A DNA stretch of 51,398 nucleotides from Patescibacteria group bacterium (GCA_018830125.1 JAHJSY010000002.1:1-51398); one strand, 5' to 3'. Counted from the first letter of the stretch, positions 9,589 through 20,332 are shown. The notes: generated from the letters alone by a model not told the origin. Made by a program: numbers and translations.

Positions 9589-9589
9589 T

Positions 9590-10597
9590 ATGAAATTAGC
9601 TTTATTTTTTACAAGGGGAGCTTCTTTAAAGCTATGGAAAGAAACCGGTAATTTAGATAGAGAGATTAAGCCTTATAAAAGATTATTGGATCGTTTTGAA
9701 AAAATATACTTTCTAACTTACGGGAAGAATGAATCGAGCTTGGGGAATATAAAAGTTTTACCTGTTTCTCCTTTTAGAAAAGAATTAAAAGACGTAGATA
9801 TCTTCAAGACCAATCAAATGAGTGGTTCTTGGAATGCCGTAATAGCTAAGAAGATATTTAAAAAGAAATTAGTTATTCGTCAAGGACGTCAGTGGTCAAT
9901 ATTTGCCAAAGAAGAAGAAAAGACCTGGAAGAGACCAATCATTTATTTAATAGAAAAGTTTGCTTATAAAAATGCTGACGCAGTTATGATCTCCTCTAAA
10001 GCGGACATTGATTACATAATTAAAAAATATAAAACTAATCCGGCGCTATTGCACTATGTTCCGAATTATATTGATACAGACTTGTTTAAACCAATGAAGA
10101 TAGAAAAAGAGAATAGGATTATAACAGTAGCTAAATTAGAAAACCAAAAAAACCTTCAAAATTTAATAGAAGCAGTTAGGGGGTTAGATATTAAATTGAT
10201 CATATTTGGCAGTGGTTCTTTGCACAAAGAATTGAAGATTTTAGCCCCTGTGAACGTTGAAATTAGAAATAATATTTCCAATAATGATCTGCCAGAAGAA
10301 ATAAATAAAAGTAAACTTTTTATTCTTCCTTCATTTTATGAGGGATGCCCTAAGGCCTTATTGGAAGCAATGGCTTGTGGGGTGCCAGTTATTGCGACTA
10401 ATGTTACCGGAATTAAAGAAATAATCAAAGATAATCAAAACGGGTATTTGTGTGGAACATCTATAGAATCAATTAAAGAAAAAATTAAAGAAGTTTTAGC
10501 CAACGAAAGTCCAGTTAATGGCAGAAAAACGATTATAGAGAATTTTGGTTTAGAAAAGTCATTAGAAAGAGAAATAGAAATTTATAACCAGATATGA
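9590..10597 (+). CDS. Glycosyltransferase, GT4 (GT-B fold)
   Basis: C-terminal signature PSFYEGCPKALLEAMACGVPVIATNVTGIKEII. Confidence 0.85.
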   Translation: MKLALFFTRGASLKLWKETGNLDREIKPYKRLLDRFEKIYFLTYGKNESSLGNIKVLPVSPFRKELKDVDIFKTNQMSGSWNAVIAKKIFKKKLVIRQGRQWSIFAKEEEKTWKRPIIYLIEKFAYKNADAVMISSKADIDYIIKKYKTNPALLHYVPNYIDTDLFKPMKIEKENRIITVAKLENQKNLQNLIEAVRGLDIKLIIFGSGSLHKELKILAPVNVEIRNNISNNDLPEEINKSKLFILPSFYEGCPKALLEAMACGVPVIATNVTGIKEIIKDNQNGYLCGTSIESIKEKIKEVLANESPVNGRKTIIENFGLEKSLEREIEIYNQI

Positions 10598-12399
10598 AAA
10601 TTCAAAATAGATTAGATTTTTTAATAAAAATGAAAAATCTTTTAAACCGCAAGGAAAAGATAGAGTTTTTGGGTGTGATGGTTATGGGGCTGGTTTCAGC
10701 TTTCTTTCAAACGCTAAGCGTGATTTCACTTATTCCTTTTATTAATTTAGTAATGAATCCAGATGCACTTGAGCAGAGTAGGTTTCTAATGATTCCATAT
10801 AATCTATTAGGATTTAATAATGTTTATTCATTTACAATATTTTTAGGATTTTCGGTACTTGGAATTATTGTTATAAGTAATTTTATTCTCGCTTTTTCGC
10901 TTTGGCTAAAAATTCGTTTTGTTTGTAGAAAAAATCATAATCTTTCCCTAGTTTTATTAAAGAAATATCTTTCTTTGCCATATGTTTATTTTCTTGATAA
11001 GCATAGTGCGGACTTAAGTAAAAATATTCTTACCGAGGTAGAACAAATTACTGTTAGTATGTTTATGCCGTTATTGTCGCTAATAACAAGCGGGATGATG
11101 ACAATTGTTATTTTTGTCACGCTTATTATCGTCAATCCAGTAGTAGCGCTTACGGCAATTATTCTATTTACTCTTTTTTATGGAATAACCTTTTTTTATT
11201 TAAGGAATAGCTTAAAAGAAAAAAGTGAAAAGCGTTTAAAAGAAAATAGAGGACGTTTTACTTCAGTTGGAGAAGCAGTTGGGGGAATTAAAGATATTAA
11301 AGCACTAGGGAGGGAAAAATATTTTCTTGAACGATTTTCTGAACACTCTATATCTTTTTCTCGATTGCAGGCCTGGAGTAGTGTTGTCAGCAATGTTCCT
11401 CGGTATGTTATAGAAATAATAGCTTTTGGTGGCATCATCATCCTTATTTTAGCTCTTATGGCACGAGGAGAGAGTGGAAGGCAAATTATTCCCATGGTTA
11501 GTTTTTTTGTGTTTGCTGGGTATCGTTTAATGCCAGCCCTTCAGGATATATTTCGTTCGTTTACCTGTTTCCAGTTTAATAAAGTGGTTTTAGACAAAAT
11601 ATATAAAGATGTTAACGAAAAAGGAAGTCAGTACTTTCCTAGAGAAATTGAACTTCCTGAACGATTTTCATTCCAAAATAATATTGCTTTCAACAATGTA
11701 TCTTTTCTTTATCCGAACAAAAAAGAGTATGTTCTTAAAGACATTAATTTTCAAGTGAAAAAAGGAACCTCTATTGGAATTATTGGATCAACTGGAGGAG
11801 GAAAAACGACATTGGTAGATATTGCTTTGTGTCTTTTAACTCCGAATAAGGGTTCAATAGAAGTAGATGGAGTTGAAATAAAAGAAGAGAATATCAGAAA
11901 TTGGCAAAGGAATATAGGATATGTTCCCCAGCAAATATATATGTCTGATGATACTATTACTCGTAATATTGCCTTTGGGATTCCGGAAGAAAATATTGAC
12001 ATAGAACAAGTAAAACAAGTTGCTAAAATTGCCAACATAGATACTTTTATTGAAAAAGAATTACCTCAAGGTTATGATGCTTTTGTTGGAGAGCGAGGAG
12101 TGCGATTGAGTGGAGGGCAGAAACAACGCATTGGTATTGCTCGGGCACTTTATCATGATCCAGAAGTATTAATTTTAGACGAAGCGACTAGTTCTCTTGA
12201 CGGAATAACTGAAAAAGCGGTGCTTAAGGCAATGGATAATGTTGCCAAATTGAAGACCGTTATTATTGTGGCTCATCGACTCAAGACCGTAGAGCATTGC
12301 GACATGTTATATCTTTTAGATAAGGGAGAAATCATTGCTCAAGGAAATTATCAAGAATTATTAAAAAATAGTAACCAATTTCAGAAAATGATAATATGA
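10594..12399 (+). CDS. ABC exporter, fused permease + ATPase (MsbA/PglK-type half transporter)
   Basis: Six-TM N-terminal half. Walker A GSTGGGKTT, signature LSGGQKQR, Walker B LILDEATS. ATGA start/stop overlap with the upstream gene. Confidence 0.9.
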   Translation: MKIQNRLDFLIKMKNLLNRKEKIEFLGVMVMGLVSAFFQTLSVISLIPFINLVMNPDALEQSRFLMIPYNLLGFNNVYSFTIFLGFSVLGIIVISNFILAFSLWLKIRFVCRKNHNLSLVLLKKYLSLPYVYFLDKHSADLSKNILTEVEQITVSMFMPLLSLITSGMMTIVIFVTLIIVNPVVALTAIILFTLFYGITFFYLRNSLKEKSEKRLKENRGRFTSVGEAVGGIKDIKALGREKYFLERFSEHSISFSRLQAWSSVVSNVPRYVIEIIAFGGIIILILALMARGESGRQIIPMVSFFVFAGYRLMPALQDIFRSFTCFQFNKVVLDKIYKDVNEKGSQYFPREIELPERFSFQNNIAFNNVSFLYPNKKEYVLKDINFQVKKGTSIGIIGSTGGGKTTLVDIALCLLTPNKGSIEVDGVEIKEENIRNWQRNIGYVPQQIYMSDDTITRNIAFGIPEENIDIEQVKQVAKIANIDTFIEKELPQGYDAFVGERGVRLSGGQKQRIGIARALYHDPEVLILDEATSSLDGITEKAVLKAMDNVAKLKTVIIVAHRLKTVEHCDMLYLLDKGEIIAQGNYQELLKNSNQFQKMII

Positions 12400-12815
12400 T
12401 TATTAAAGTTATTAAACACAAAGAATTAACAGAAGACAACAAAAAAGAGATAGTGGGTCTTATGAATGTTTTGAGTAGCAATTGTTCTGTTGATATTGAA
12501 CGGGCGATGGAGAGGGATAATAATACATGTATTATTGCTTGCGAGAATAACAAGATAGTAGGAGTGGTAATGCTTATTGAAGTGAATGCCTTTACAGCGA
12601 AAATTGGACTCATTGATGAAGTTGTTGTTAATCAAAATTACAGAAAGCAAGGAATTGCTTTTAAAATGATAGAGGAAGCTATTAGGATTGCCAAAGAAAG
12701 GAAAATAGATTTATTAAAAGTTGATACGAGAATTGATAACCCATCCAATAGTCTTTATAAAAAAGTCGGATTTATTAAAAGAGAAGACAATCTTTACAAA
12801 TTATTCTTAAAATAA
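12396..12815 (+). CDS. GNAT-family N-acetyltransferase
   Basis: 139 aa. Acetyl-CoA motif [23 protein letters not shown] overlap. Confidence 0.8.
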   Translation: MIIKVIKHKELTEDNKKEIVGLMNVLSSNCSVDIERAMERDNNTCIIACENNKIVGVVMLIEVNAFTAKIGLIDEVVVNQNYRKQGIAFKMIEEAIRIAKERKIDLLKVDTRIDNPSNSLYKKVGFIKREDNLYKLFLK

Positions 12816-12817
12816 AT

Positions 12818-14977
12818 ATGGAAATTAAAAAAGCACTTATTACTGGAATCACAGGACAAGATGGATCTTATTTAACAGAACTTTTGTTAGAAAAGGGTTA
12901 CGAAGTTCACGGTATGGTTAGAAGAGGAAGTACTATTAACACGGTGAGAATAGATAAGCCCCTAGCGGAAGGGAAAATTCTTCTTCATTATGGGGACTTA
13001 ACTGACGTTAATTCTATTGTTTCAATATTAACAAAAGTAAAACCAGATGAAATATATAACTTAGGAGCAATGTCTCATGTTAAAGTTTCTTTTGATGTGC
13101 CTGAATATACTGGTCAAACCACTGGTTTGGGTTCAGTTAGGATATTAGAGGCCCTGAGAAGCCTAGGAATGACTCACGTTAAATATTATCAGGCCTCTAG
13201 TAGTGAGATGTTTGGTATAAGTCCACCACCTCAAAATGAAGAGACAATATTTAGACCTCAGTCGCCTTATGGTTGCGCCAAGCTTTATTCTTATTGGATA
13301 ACTAAAACCTATAGAAAGGCCTACGGAATGTTTGCCTGTAATGGAATACTTTTTAATCACGAAACGATAGCTTCGTTTATGCCGATGTTTTGTAAGAATA
13401 ATGACGAAGAGGAATTTGATATAAAGCCGATAAGAGAAATTGTAAGTTTTGATGAGACCAAAAAATGTTATCAATCAAAAAAGGTAGAAGGATTACAAGT
13501 GTGGGGTAAAGAAGGTTGGGTTGATGTAAGATTCGCCTCTGCTTATCCTCATAACATAAAAAAAGATAATAAGCACCCAAGATTTATAAACTCCAGATCT
13601 GGGGCTTTTATGGCTACTGGAAGTCATGTCGGCTTCTTAAAAGATAATTCTGAAAAAGAAGTTCGAGATATGGAAGTAGGAGACCAGTTGGAAGTTGTGA
13701 GACTTCCAGAACCATCAAATAAGGCAAATTATTTAGTATCAAAAGAGGAAGCGGAACTAATTGGAGTGATAGTTGGAGATGGTTCTATAACTTACGCTAA
13801 AAAGGGCAGTGGTCTTCACGGAAAATTTACTAATTCTTCAGAAACTGTCAGAGAATATTTTAGTCATTTATGGTCAGACGTAACAGGAGGTTCAACATCT
13901 TACTATCCATCAAAGTCTGGATTTAATCCTAAAAAAATAGTGGGGCAATTAAGATTAATAGGTGGAAATGATTGGCTTAGAAAAATAGATATATATAATA
14001 ATGACAAGACAAAAAGAATTCCTAAAATTATTCTTAATTCTTCCCCTGAAATTATGACTTCTTTCCTTGAAGGATATAATGTAGCTGATGGGTTAAAGAA
14101 AAATCCTTGTATTTACGAGTTTAAAAACTTTAAAACCAATTCAGCTACTCTGGCTATGGGATTGTGGTATCTTATAGATAAAACCACTGGACAAGATGTC
14201 AATCTTACATTGGAAGAAAAAGATGACGGAAGGATTTTTTATTCGTTAAATATGCTTACAACAACAGATAGCTTATTAAAAGAAACGAAGGTAAAAGATT
14301 TAATGAAAACCAATCTTTCTCAAAGAGGAATTTGTAGAAAAACTAAAATTTCAAGAACCTTTATAAGAAAAATACAGCTCGGTGGTTCTTGTTGTTTGGT
14401 TCATCACTTAAGAAAAGACCCTTTGGAGGTTAAAAAAATAATAGATATGCCAGAACATAAGGGTTGGTTTTACGATTTAGAAACATCATCAGGAGAATTT
14501 CATTGTGGAATAGGGAAGTGTCATGTTCATAATAGTCCTCGTCGGGGAGAGACATTTGTAACTAAAAAAATAGTAAGATCAGCCGTTAGAATTAAATTAG
14601 GACTTCAGAATAAAATTTGCCTTGGGAACTTAAAGGCCAAAAGAGACTGGGGGTTTGCCGGTGATTATATGGAAGCGATTTATAAGATAATGCATCATGA
14701 TAAGCCCGATGATTTTATTGTAGCTACCAAAGAACATCACACCATAGAAGAATTTGCCCAAAAAGTGTTTAAAAAATTAGGATTAAAATTTGAGGATTAT
14801 TTAGAAGTTAGTGATCAATATTTTAGACCCAACGAAGTACCTGATCTTATGGGAGATGCTACTAAAATTAAAACAGTTTTGGGCTGGGAACCCAAAGTTA
14901 AATTTGACGAATTAATAGACATGATGATTCAAGAAACTTTAAAGGAAGAAAATGCTAAACTTAAAGGAAATTCATAA
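12818..14977 (+). CDS. gmd: GDP-mannose 4,6-dehydratase interrupted by an intein
   Basis: The exteins read [14 protein letters not shown]...[10 protein letters not shown]...SPYGCAKLY...NGILFNHE | [13 protein letters not shown]...RDWGFAGDY, which is canonical Gmd. A 390-aa insert splits the conserved NHESPRRGE motif. Confidence 0.9.
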   Translation: MEIKKALITGITGQDGSYLTELLLEKGYEVHGMVRRGSTINTVRIDKPLAEGKILLHYGDLTDVNSIVSILTKVKPDEIYNLGAMSHVKVSFDVPEYTGQTTGLGSVRILEALRSLGMTHVKYYQASSSEMFGISPPPQNEETIFRPQSPYGCAKLYSYWITKTYRKAYGMFACNGILFNHETIASFMPMFCKNNDEEEFDIKPIREIVSFDETKKCYQSKKVEGLQVWGKEGWVDVRFASAYPHNIKKDNKHPRFINSRSGAFMATGSHVGFLKDNSEKEVRDMEVGDQLEVVRLPEPSNKANYLVSKEEAELIGVIVGDGSITYAKKGSGLHGKFTNSSETVREYFSHLWSDVTGGSTSYYPSKSGFNPKKIVGQLRLIGGNDWLRKIDIYNNDKTKRIPKIILNSSPEIMTSFLEGYNVADGLKKNPCIYEFKNFKTNSATLAMGLWYLIDKTTGQDVNLTLEEKDDGRIFYSLNMLTTTDSLLKETKVKDLMKTNLSQRGICRKTKISRTFIRKIQLGGSCCLVHHLRKDPLEVKKIIDMPEHKGWFYDLETSSGEFHCGIGKCHVHNSPRRGETFVTKKIVRSAVRIKLGLQNKICLGNLKAKRDWGFAGDYMEAIYKIMHHDKPDDFIVATKEHHTIEEFAQKVFKKLGLKFEDYLEVSDQYFRPNEVPDLMGDATKIKTVLGWEPKVKFDELIDMMIQETLKEENAKLKGNS
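13364..14533 (+). mobile_element. Intein with a LAGLIDADG homing-endonuclease domain, inserted in gmd
   Basis: Block B TGSH (T267-H270). Two LAGLIDADG motifs ([22 protein letters not shown]). Block [25 protein letters not shown] followed by +1 Ser. Removing it restores NHE-SPRRGE. Confidence 0.85.
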
Positions 14978-15320
14978 AGACAATAGGGGAGAAATCCATC
15001 TCTTAAAAGGAGATCTTCAAGATCACGAAGAAATAACTCTTTTTTTAACAAAGAAGGGTTTTGCTCGGGGTGGTTGTATTCATAGAACCAATGGTGAATT
15101 TAATATGGTAATAGAAGGGAAAATTCATTATTTTATTGACGAGAAAGAAGTTTTAATGAAAAAAGGTGATTCGGTTGAAATACCTTCTAACAGTCCTCAT
15201 TATTTCATCTCCCTAACAGATTCTTTAGTAATGGAGTGGGGATGTGTTTCTGAAGAAAAGATTGAAAAGTATAAGCCGTTTAGAGATATAGTAGATGAGA
15301 TAAATAAAAATCATGATTAA
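14952..15320 (+). CDS. Small cupin-fold protein (WxcM/FdtA-like sugar ketoisomerase candidate)
   Basis: 122 aa. [23 protein letters not shown]...PHYF resembles the RGxHAH...G cupin core of 27430..27846. Sits between gmd and a DegT aminotransferase. Confidence 0.55.
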   Translation: MLNLKEIHKDNRGEIHLLKGDLQDHEEITLFLTKKGFARGGCIHRTNGEFNMVIEGKIHYFIDEKEVLMKKGDSVEIPSNSPHYFISLTDSLVMEWGCVSEEKIEKYKPFRDIVDEINKNHD

Positions 15321-16404
15321 TCAAATGGAGCCTTGGTTGGGCGAAGAAGAACAATTAGCAATGAACGAATATCTTAAATCAGGTGGCTGGCTTACTGAAT
15401 TTAAAAAAACCAAAGAGTTTGAAAAAACAATTGCTGATTATGTTGGTTGCAAGTATGTTTCTATCGTACCCAATGGAACTGTCGCCTTAGCCCTTTCTTT
15501 AATGGCTAAAGGAATAGGTAGGGGAGACGAAGTTATTGTTCCTGATTATACTATGATTGCGTCAGCTAACGCGGTTATTCTAGCGGGGGCTAAACCTATT
15601 CTAGTTGATATTGATTCCAAAAACCTATGTCTTGATTATGAATTAACTAAGGAGGCAATTAACAACAAAACTAAAGCGATAATGTTAGTTACCATTAATG
15701 GACGATATCCTGAAATAAAAAAGTTTGTTAATTTATCAAAAAACAATAATTTATTTCTTTTGGAAGATACAGCTCAATCACTTGGTTCTCGCTACAACGG
15801 AAAACACTTAGGAACATTTGGAGATGCAGGAATACTTTCGTTTAGCGTTCCCAAAATTATAACTACAGGTCAAGGCGGAGCAATAATAACTGATAACGAA
15901 GATCTTTATAAAAAAATATTGAAGATAAAAGATTTTGGCAGACAACAATCAGGGGTTGATCGTCACGAAACTGTTGGTTACAACTTTAAATTTACCGATC
16001 TTCAAGCAGTCATTGGAATAGAGCAAATGAAAAAATTGGAATGGAGGGTTAATAGAAAAAAAGAAATGCATCAACTTTATAAAAAGCTATTAAGTAATGT
16101 AAATGGGATTGAATTTATTGATACTAATATAGAAAATACTTCGCCTTGGTTTATCGATATTCTTGTAAATGAAAATAAAAGAAGCTCTCTCATTGATTTC
16201 TTAAAAGAAAAAGAAATAGGCACTCGTCCGTTTTATCCGGCAATTCATACTCAAGAACCATATAGTTATATAGCAAAAAGCTTCAAAATATCCGAAGAGA
16301 TATCAAAAAGGGGATTGTGGTTACCTTCTTCATCTTTTCTGAAAGATGAAGATATTATTAAGATATGCGATAATATTAAAGATTTCTATGAACATAGTAA
16401 TTAA
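15313..16404 (+). CDS. DegT/DnrJ/EryC1/StrS-family PLP-dependent sugar aminotransferase
   Basis: Typical length and motifs (VSIVPNGTVAL, EDTAQSLGS, active-site Lys context SFSVPKIITTGQGGAI). Confidence 0.9.
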   Translation: MINQMEPWLGEEEQLAMNEYLKSGGWLTEFKKTKEFEKTIADYVGCKYVSIVPNGTVALALSLMAKGIGRGDEVIVPDYTMIASANAVILAGAKPILVDIDSKNLCLDYELTKEAINNKTKAIMLVTINGRYPEIKKFVNLSKNNNLFLLEDTAQSLGSRYNGKHLGTFGDAGILSFSVPKIITTGQGGAIITDNEDLYKKILKIKDFGRQQSGVDRHETVGYNFKFTDLQAVIGIEQMKKLEWRVNRKKEMHQLYKKLLSNVNGIEFIDTNIENTSPWFIDILVNENKRSSLIDFLKEKEIGTRPFYPAIHTQEPYSYIAKSFKISEEISKRGLWLPSSSFLKDEDIIKICDNIKDFYEHSN

Positions 16405-17389
16405 TACAAACTATAAAGAAAGTACTACTAAGACATGCCTTTATCAATTGGGTAAAAAGTTCAGTCAAGCTGGACACAGTGTTGTTTATGGTGATTGGGA
16501 AAACTATCAAAATTATGATGTAATTCTTTTCATGTCTTATGACCCAGAAATTGAAAAAGCGAAAAAAGATAATCCCAAAGCCATGGTCGGAGTTCTAAGT
16601 AGCAAACTAGTATCCGAAAGACATATAAAACAGGCTAGAACGGCTGATTTCTTGATTGTTGATTCTATAGAAGTTCGTGATCTTGCCTGGCGTTATAATA
16701 AAAATGTTTTTATTTATTTTATGTTTCCTGAAATTGATTTTTTACCCAAGCAACATTTTAAAAAAGAAAAAATTATTATTGGTTATCATGGGAATAAGGT
16801 TCATTTAAGTAATGCTAATAGTTTTAAAAAAGCGTTAGATAAATTGTCCGAAAAATACAATATTGAATTTTGGGCAATTTATAATATTGATAAACTGGGC
16901 AAGTGGAAATTTAATTTGCCGGAAAAATGTCCCGTTAAACATATCCAGTGGTCAGAGAGTTGTTATCATGAATATTTAAGCAAAGTTGATATCGGAGTTT
17001 GTCCTGGCAAAACCTATATAAATGAATTTACGTCAAAATTATTAGCTAGATCACTGATCAATTTTTTAACAAATTCTATTCGTTATAGTAAAACAGATTA
17101 TATAATTCGGTTCAAGTATGCTATTAATCCAGGGAGAATATATCCCTTTAGTCAATTAAATATTCCAGTTGTTGCGGATTTTATGCCCTCATATGGCCAG
17201 ATTATTCAAGACGGGAAATCAGGATTTTTAGCTTATTCAAAAGAGGGTTGGTATTATGCCCTAGAGCAACTTATTCTCAGTTCAGAATTAAGGCAAAAAA
17301 TGAGCGATAACCTAAGAGAATATATAGACAATAATTGTTCACCCGATATAAATTTTAAAAAATTTGTGAAGTTTGTTAATTCTTTATGA
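16388..17389 (+). CDS. Putative glycosyltransferase (GT-B-like C-terminal half)
   Basis: Only weak motif support (IPVVADFMPSYGQIIQDGKSGFL...LRQKMSDNLREYI). Start moved to ATG 16388. Confidence 0.45.
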   Translation: MNIVINTNYKESTTKTCLYQLGKKFSQAGHSVVYGDWENYQNYDVILFMSYDPEIEKAKKDNPKAMVGVLSSKLVSERHIKQARTADFLIVDSIEVRDLAWRYNKNVFIYFMFPEIDFLPKQHFKKEKIIIGYHGNKVHLSNANSFKKALDKLSEKYNIEFWAIYNIDKLGKWKFNLPEKCPVKHIQWSESCYHEYLSKVDIGVCPGKTYINEFTSKLLARSLINFLTNSIRYSKTDYIIRFKYAINPGRIYPFSQLNIPVVADFMPSYGQIIQDGKSGFLAYSKEGWYYALEQLILSSELRQKMSDNLREYIDNNCSPDINFKKFVKFVNSL

Positions 17390-18003
17390 AAAAAGATGAT
17401 ATTTATAAAAATCGTGAAGAGAGAGCAGAATACATTATTTCAAAATATAAGGACTTTTTAAAAGGCAGTGTTTTAGATGTTGGATGTGATCAAAGGTTTT
17501 TAAAAAGATATTTAAATGATGGTGTGAAATATGTTGGAATAGATGTCGCTGGAGATCCTGATATATTTGTTAATCTAGATAAAGAAAAAATTCCTTTTCC
17601 AGATAACTTTTTTGACTGCGTTGTCTGCGCTGATGTTTTAGAACACTTAGATAACATTCATTCTGTTTTTGATGAGCTTATGAGGGTAAGTAAGAAGTAT
17701 ATTATTATTTCTTTGCCTAATTGTTATAATTTGAACTTTAAGGAAATAATTAGCTGTAAGGGTGGATTAAAGTTTTATGGGTTGCCAGTGAATCCTCCGA
17801 AAGATAGACATAGATGGTTTTTTAATTATACGGAAGGCAAGAGATTCATTGAAGAAAGGGCTAAAATCAAGGGAGCCAATTTTATTCAGACAGATCCCTT
17901 AATTAGAAAAAAGGTTTTAAGAAATTTTATTTTAAAAATATTATACAAAAAAAGATATAATGATATAATCGCTTCTTACTCTTGGACATTAATTAAAAAA
18001 TAA
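17386..18003 (+). CDS. Class I SAM-dependent methyltransferase
   Basis: Motif I VLDVGCDQ and post-I/II region FDCVVCADVLEHL. ATGA overlap. Confidence 0.8.
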   Translation: MKKDDIYKNREERAEYIISKYKDFLKGSVLDVGCDQRFLKRYLNDGVKYVGIDVAGDPDIFVNLDKEKIPFPDNFFDCVVCADVLEHLDNIHSVFDELMRVSKKYIIISLPNCYNLNFKEIISCKGGLKFYGLPVNPPKDRHRWFFNYTEGKRFIEERAKIKGANFIQTDPLIRKKVLRNFILKILYKKRYNDIIASYSWTLIKK

Positions 18004-18005
18004 AA

Positions 18006-18632
18006 GTGATACATAAAATTATAGTTAAAATTATATTAAGGCTACACACTTTTCTTTACGGATGGGCTGGATTTTTTTCGGTAAAAGCGGAAGGCGGAAT
18101 ACATCCTAAACATAGATTAACAAATTATCATAAGTTTTTTGTGGATAACATTAAATCTAATGACAGTGTTCTAGACATTGGTTGCGGAAAAGGGGAATTA
18201 ACCTTTGATTTAGCCCAAAAAGCCAAAAATGTAGTGGGAATCGACTTTAACGAAAAAAGCATCGATTTGGCTAAGAATAAGTTTTCGGCTTTTAATATAA
18301 AATATATTCTTGGAAATGTTACAGAAGACCTACCATGTGAGAAATTTGATGTCTTAATTCTTTCAAACGTCTTAGAACATATTGAAAACAGAGTAGAATT
18401 TTTAAATAAAATTAAAAGATTAGGAGATAAGATTCTAATTAGGGTGCCGATGATTAATCGGGACTGGATAACTTTATATAAAAAAGAATTGGGTCTTGAG
18501 TGGCGTTTGGATGGTGGTCATTTTACAGAATATACCCTAGAATCATTCAAGAAAGAAATAGAGGAAGCGGGGTTGATTATCCAAGATTATAGTATCCAAT
18601 TTAGTGAAATTTGGGCAGTTATAAATTCATGA
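18006..18632 (+). CDS. Class I SAM-dependent methyltransferase
   Basis: VLDIGCGKGELT and FDVLILSNVLEHI. GTG start. Confidence 0.85.
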   Translation: MIHKIIVKIILRLHTFLYGWAGFFSVKAEGGIHPKHRLTNYHKFFVDNIKSNDSVLDIGCGKGELTFDLAQKAKNVVGIDFNEKSIDLAKNKFSAFNIKYILGNVTEDLPCEKFDVLILSNVLEHIENRVEFLNKIKRLGDKILIRVPMINRDWITLYKKELGLEWRLDGGHFTEYTLESFKKEIEEAGLIIQDYSIQFSEIWAVINS

Positions 18633-20299
18633 CTTTTAAAAATAAAATTAAATATAGAATTGGACTATTAAGAAATATAATAAAAGGATCTATTAATAAT
18701 AATTTTAGGATTTTCTTTTTAATTCAATTTTTTCCAGCAAGATTTTCTCTAACAAGGAGAATTAATCAAAAATACCTCAAGAAATGTGCTAAGTCGCTTA
18801 TTTGTTCAGAAAACGGAGAAGAAAAAATATTTGATTTGAAACTTTTTAAAGTCGTTGCCAAAGAAGATAATTATGGAACACTTGTGTGCGAGTTTTTAGA
18901 TTTAATTTATCCTTATTTAATAAAGAATTTTTCTATAATAAGAGAGGGGCCTTATGAGAAAGAGGAAGTAAAACTAAAACAAGGGGATGTGGTCATAGAC
19001 GCTGGGGCAAATTTAGGTATTTTTTCCCTTTTTGCCTCAAAAAAAGTAGGACCTGGGGGAAAAGTTTATGCTTTTGAGCCAATCTTAGAAAATCGTGAAT
19101 TATTAAGAAAAACAATTGAGTTAAATAAGATTAATAATATAGAAATAATTCCCTATGCTTTAGGCAAGAAAGAAGAAGATTTATTAATGAGCATAGAAAT
19201 GGATAAGCTTGGTAGTAGTAGTGGTTTTTTTCAAAAAGGTAGTGAGAGAAGTGTGAAACAAATATCTTTAGATAAATTTGTTGAGCAAAGACAAATTTCC
19301 AAAATAGATTTTATAAAAGCGGACATAGAAGGAATGGAACACGAACTTCTCATTGGTGCCGAGCAGACAATAAAAAAGTTTAAACCAAAACTATCAATCT
19401 GCACTTATCATAAGTTGGGTGATCTTGAGAATCTTTCAAAAGATATTAAAAGCATTGAACCGAGATATGTTATCAATCATACGGAGATGAAATTATATGC
19501 TCAGCTGGATGAGATGAAAATTATTGGCATTTCTTTAATTAAAAACGAAGATCTATATATAGAAAGAGTTTTAAAAAATGTTATTAATTTTTGTGATGAA
19601 ATTATCGTCTTAGATAATATGTCGGAAGACAATACGTTTAAGATAGTTAGTAATTTAAGTTTAGAATATCCTAAAATTAAATTATCTAAAATAAAAGATG
19701 CTCTTGCGTCGCATAAGTTTATTGAGAAATACGCTAACACTAATACTTGGATATTTGGGGTTGATGGTGATGAAGTTTATGACCCAGTTGGTTTAGAGCG
19801 GTTAAGAAAAGAAATTTTAGCTGGAAAATATCAAAATTATTGGTTTATTCGGGGCAATTCTTTGAACGCCGAAAATATAAATTGTGAATCAAAAATCGCC
19901 GAAGGTTATTTATCACCTCCTTCTCGATCAATGACCAAGTTGTTTAATTTTTCTATCTTGGATTCATGGAGAGAAAATTGTCAACGTCTTCATGGAACAA
20001 ATTTGATTTTTAAGAAAGGATTTGACGGAACAATAACTTATAAAATCTTTGATATGTATGATTGGGATAATTCTTATTTTAGAATGTTACATTTATGTTT
20101 TATCAATAGGACTGGTCTAGATAAGAAGTATAAAAATACAGCTCGTCTAAGCCCAGAAGAGAATTCACGCCTATTTCCTTCGTTTCGAAATTTTATTTCC
20201 AATTTATCGAAGGGCAGGTTGACCTTAGATAGTGAATATAAATTAAGAAAATATAAAAAAGGCAAATTAATAACTAAAAACATCCAGTCATTCTTATGA
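18629..20299 (+). CDS. Bifunctional FkbM-type methyltransferase + GT2-like glycosyltransferase fusion
   Basis: N-terminal half VIDAGANLGIFSLFASKKVGPGGKVYAFEP (FkbM-like). C-terminal half IGISLIKNEDLYIERVLKNVINFCDEIIVLDNMSEDNT...GVDGDE (GT-A/GT2-like). ATG 18629 forms an ATGA overlap. Confidence 0.7.
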   Translation: MTFKNKIKYRIGLLRNIIKGSINNNFRIFFLIQFFPARFSLTRRINQKYLKKCAKSLICSENGEEKIFDLKLFKVVAKEDNYGTLVCEFLDLIYPYLIKNFSIIREGPYEKEEVKLKQGDVVIDAGANLGIFSLFASKKVGPGGKVYAFEPILENRELLRKTIELNKINNIEIIPYALGKKEEDLLMSIEMDKLGSSSGFFQKGSERSVKQISLDKFVEQRQISKIDFIKADIEGMEHELLIGAEQTIKKFKPKLSICTYHKLGDLENLSKDIKSIEPRYVINHTEMKLYAQLDEMKIIGISLIKNEDLYIERVLKNVINFCDEIIVLDNMSEDNTFKIVSNLSLEYPKIKLSKIKDALASHKFIEKYANTNTWIFGVDGDEVYDPVGLERLRKEILAGKYQNYWFIRGNSLNAENINCESKIAEGYLSPPSRSMTKLFNFSILDSWRENCQRLHGTNLIFKKGFDGTITYKIFDMYDWDNSYFRMLHLCFINRTGLDKKYKNTARLSPEENSRLFPSFRNFISNLSKGRLTLDSEYKLRKYKKGKLITKNIQSFL

Positions 20300-20300
20300 A

Positions 20301-20332
20301 TTATTGACGACAGTCGTCAATAAAGATACAAT
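20301..20332 (+). promoter_or_regulatory. 23-nt perfect palindrome overlapping a TTGACG-17-TACAAT promoter-like element
   Basis: ttattgacgac-a-gtcgtcaataa (20301-20323). TTGACG at 20304-09, TACAAT at 20327-32. This is the only sizeable intergenic gap inside the 6.8-30.7 kb operon. Confidence 0.45.
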
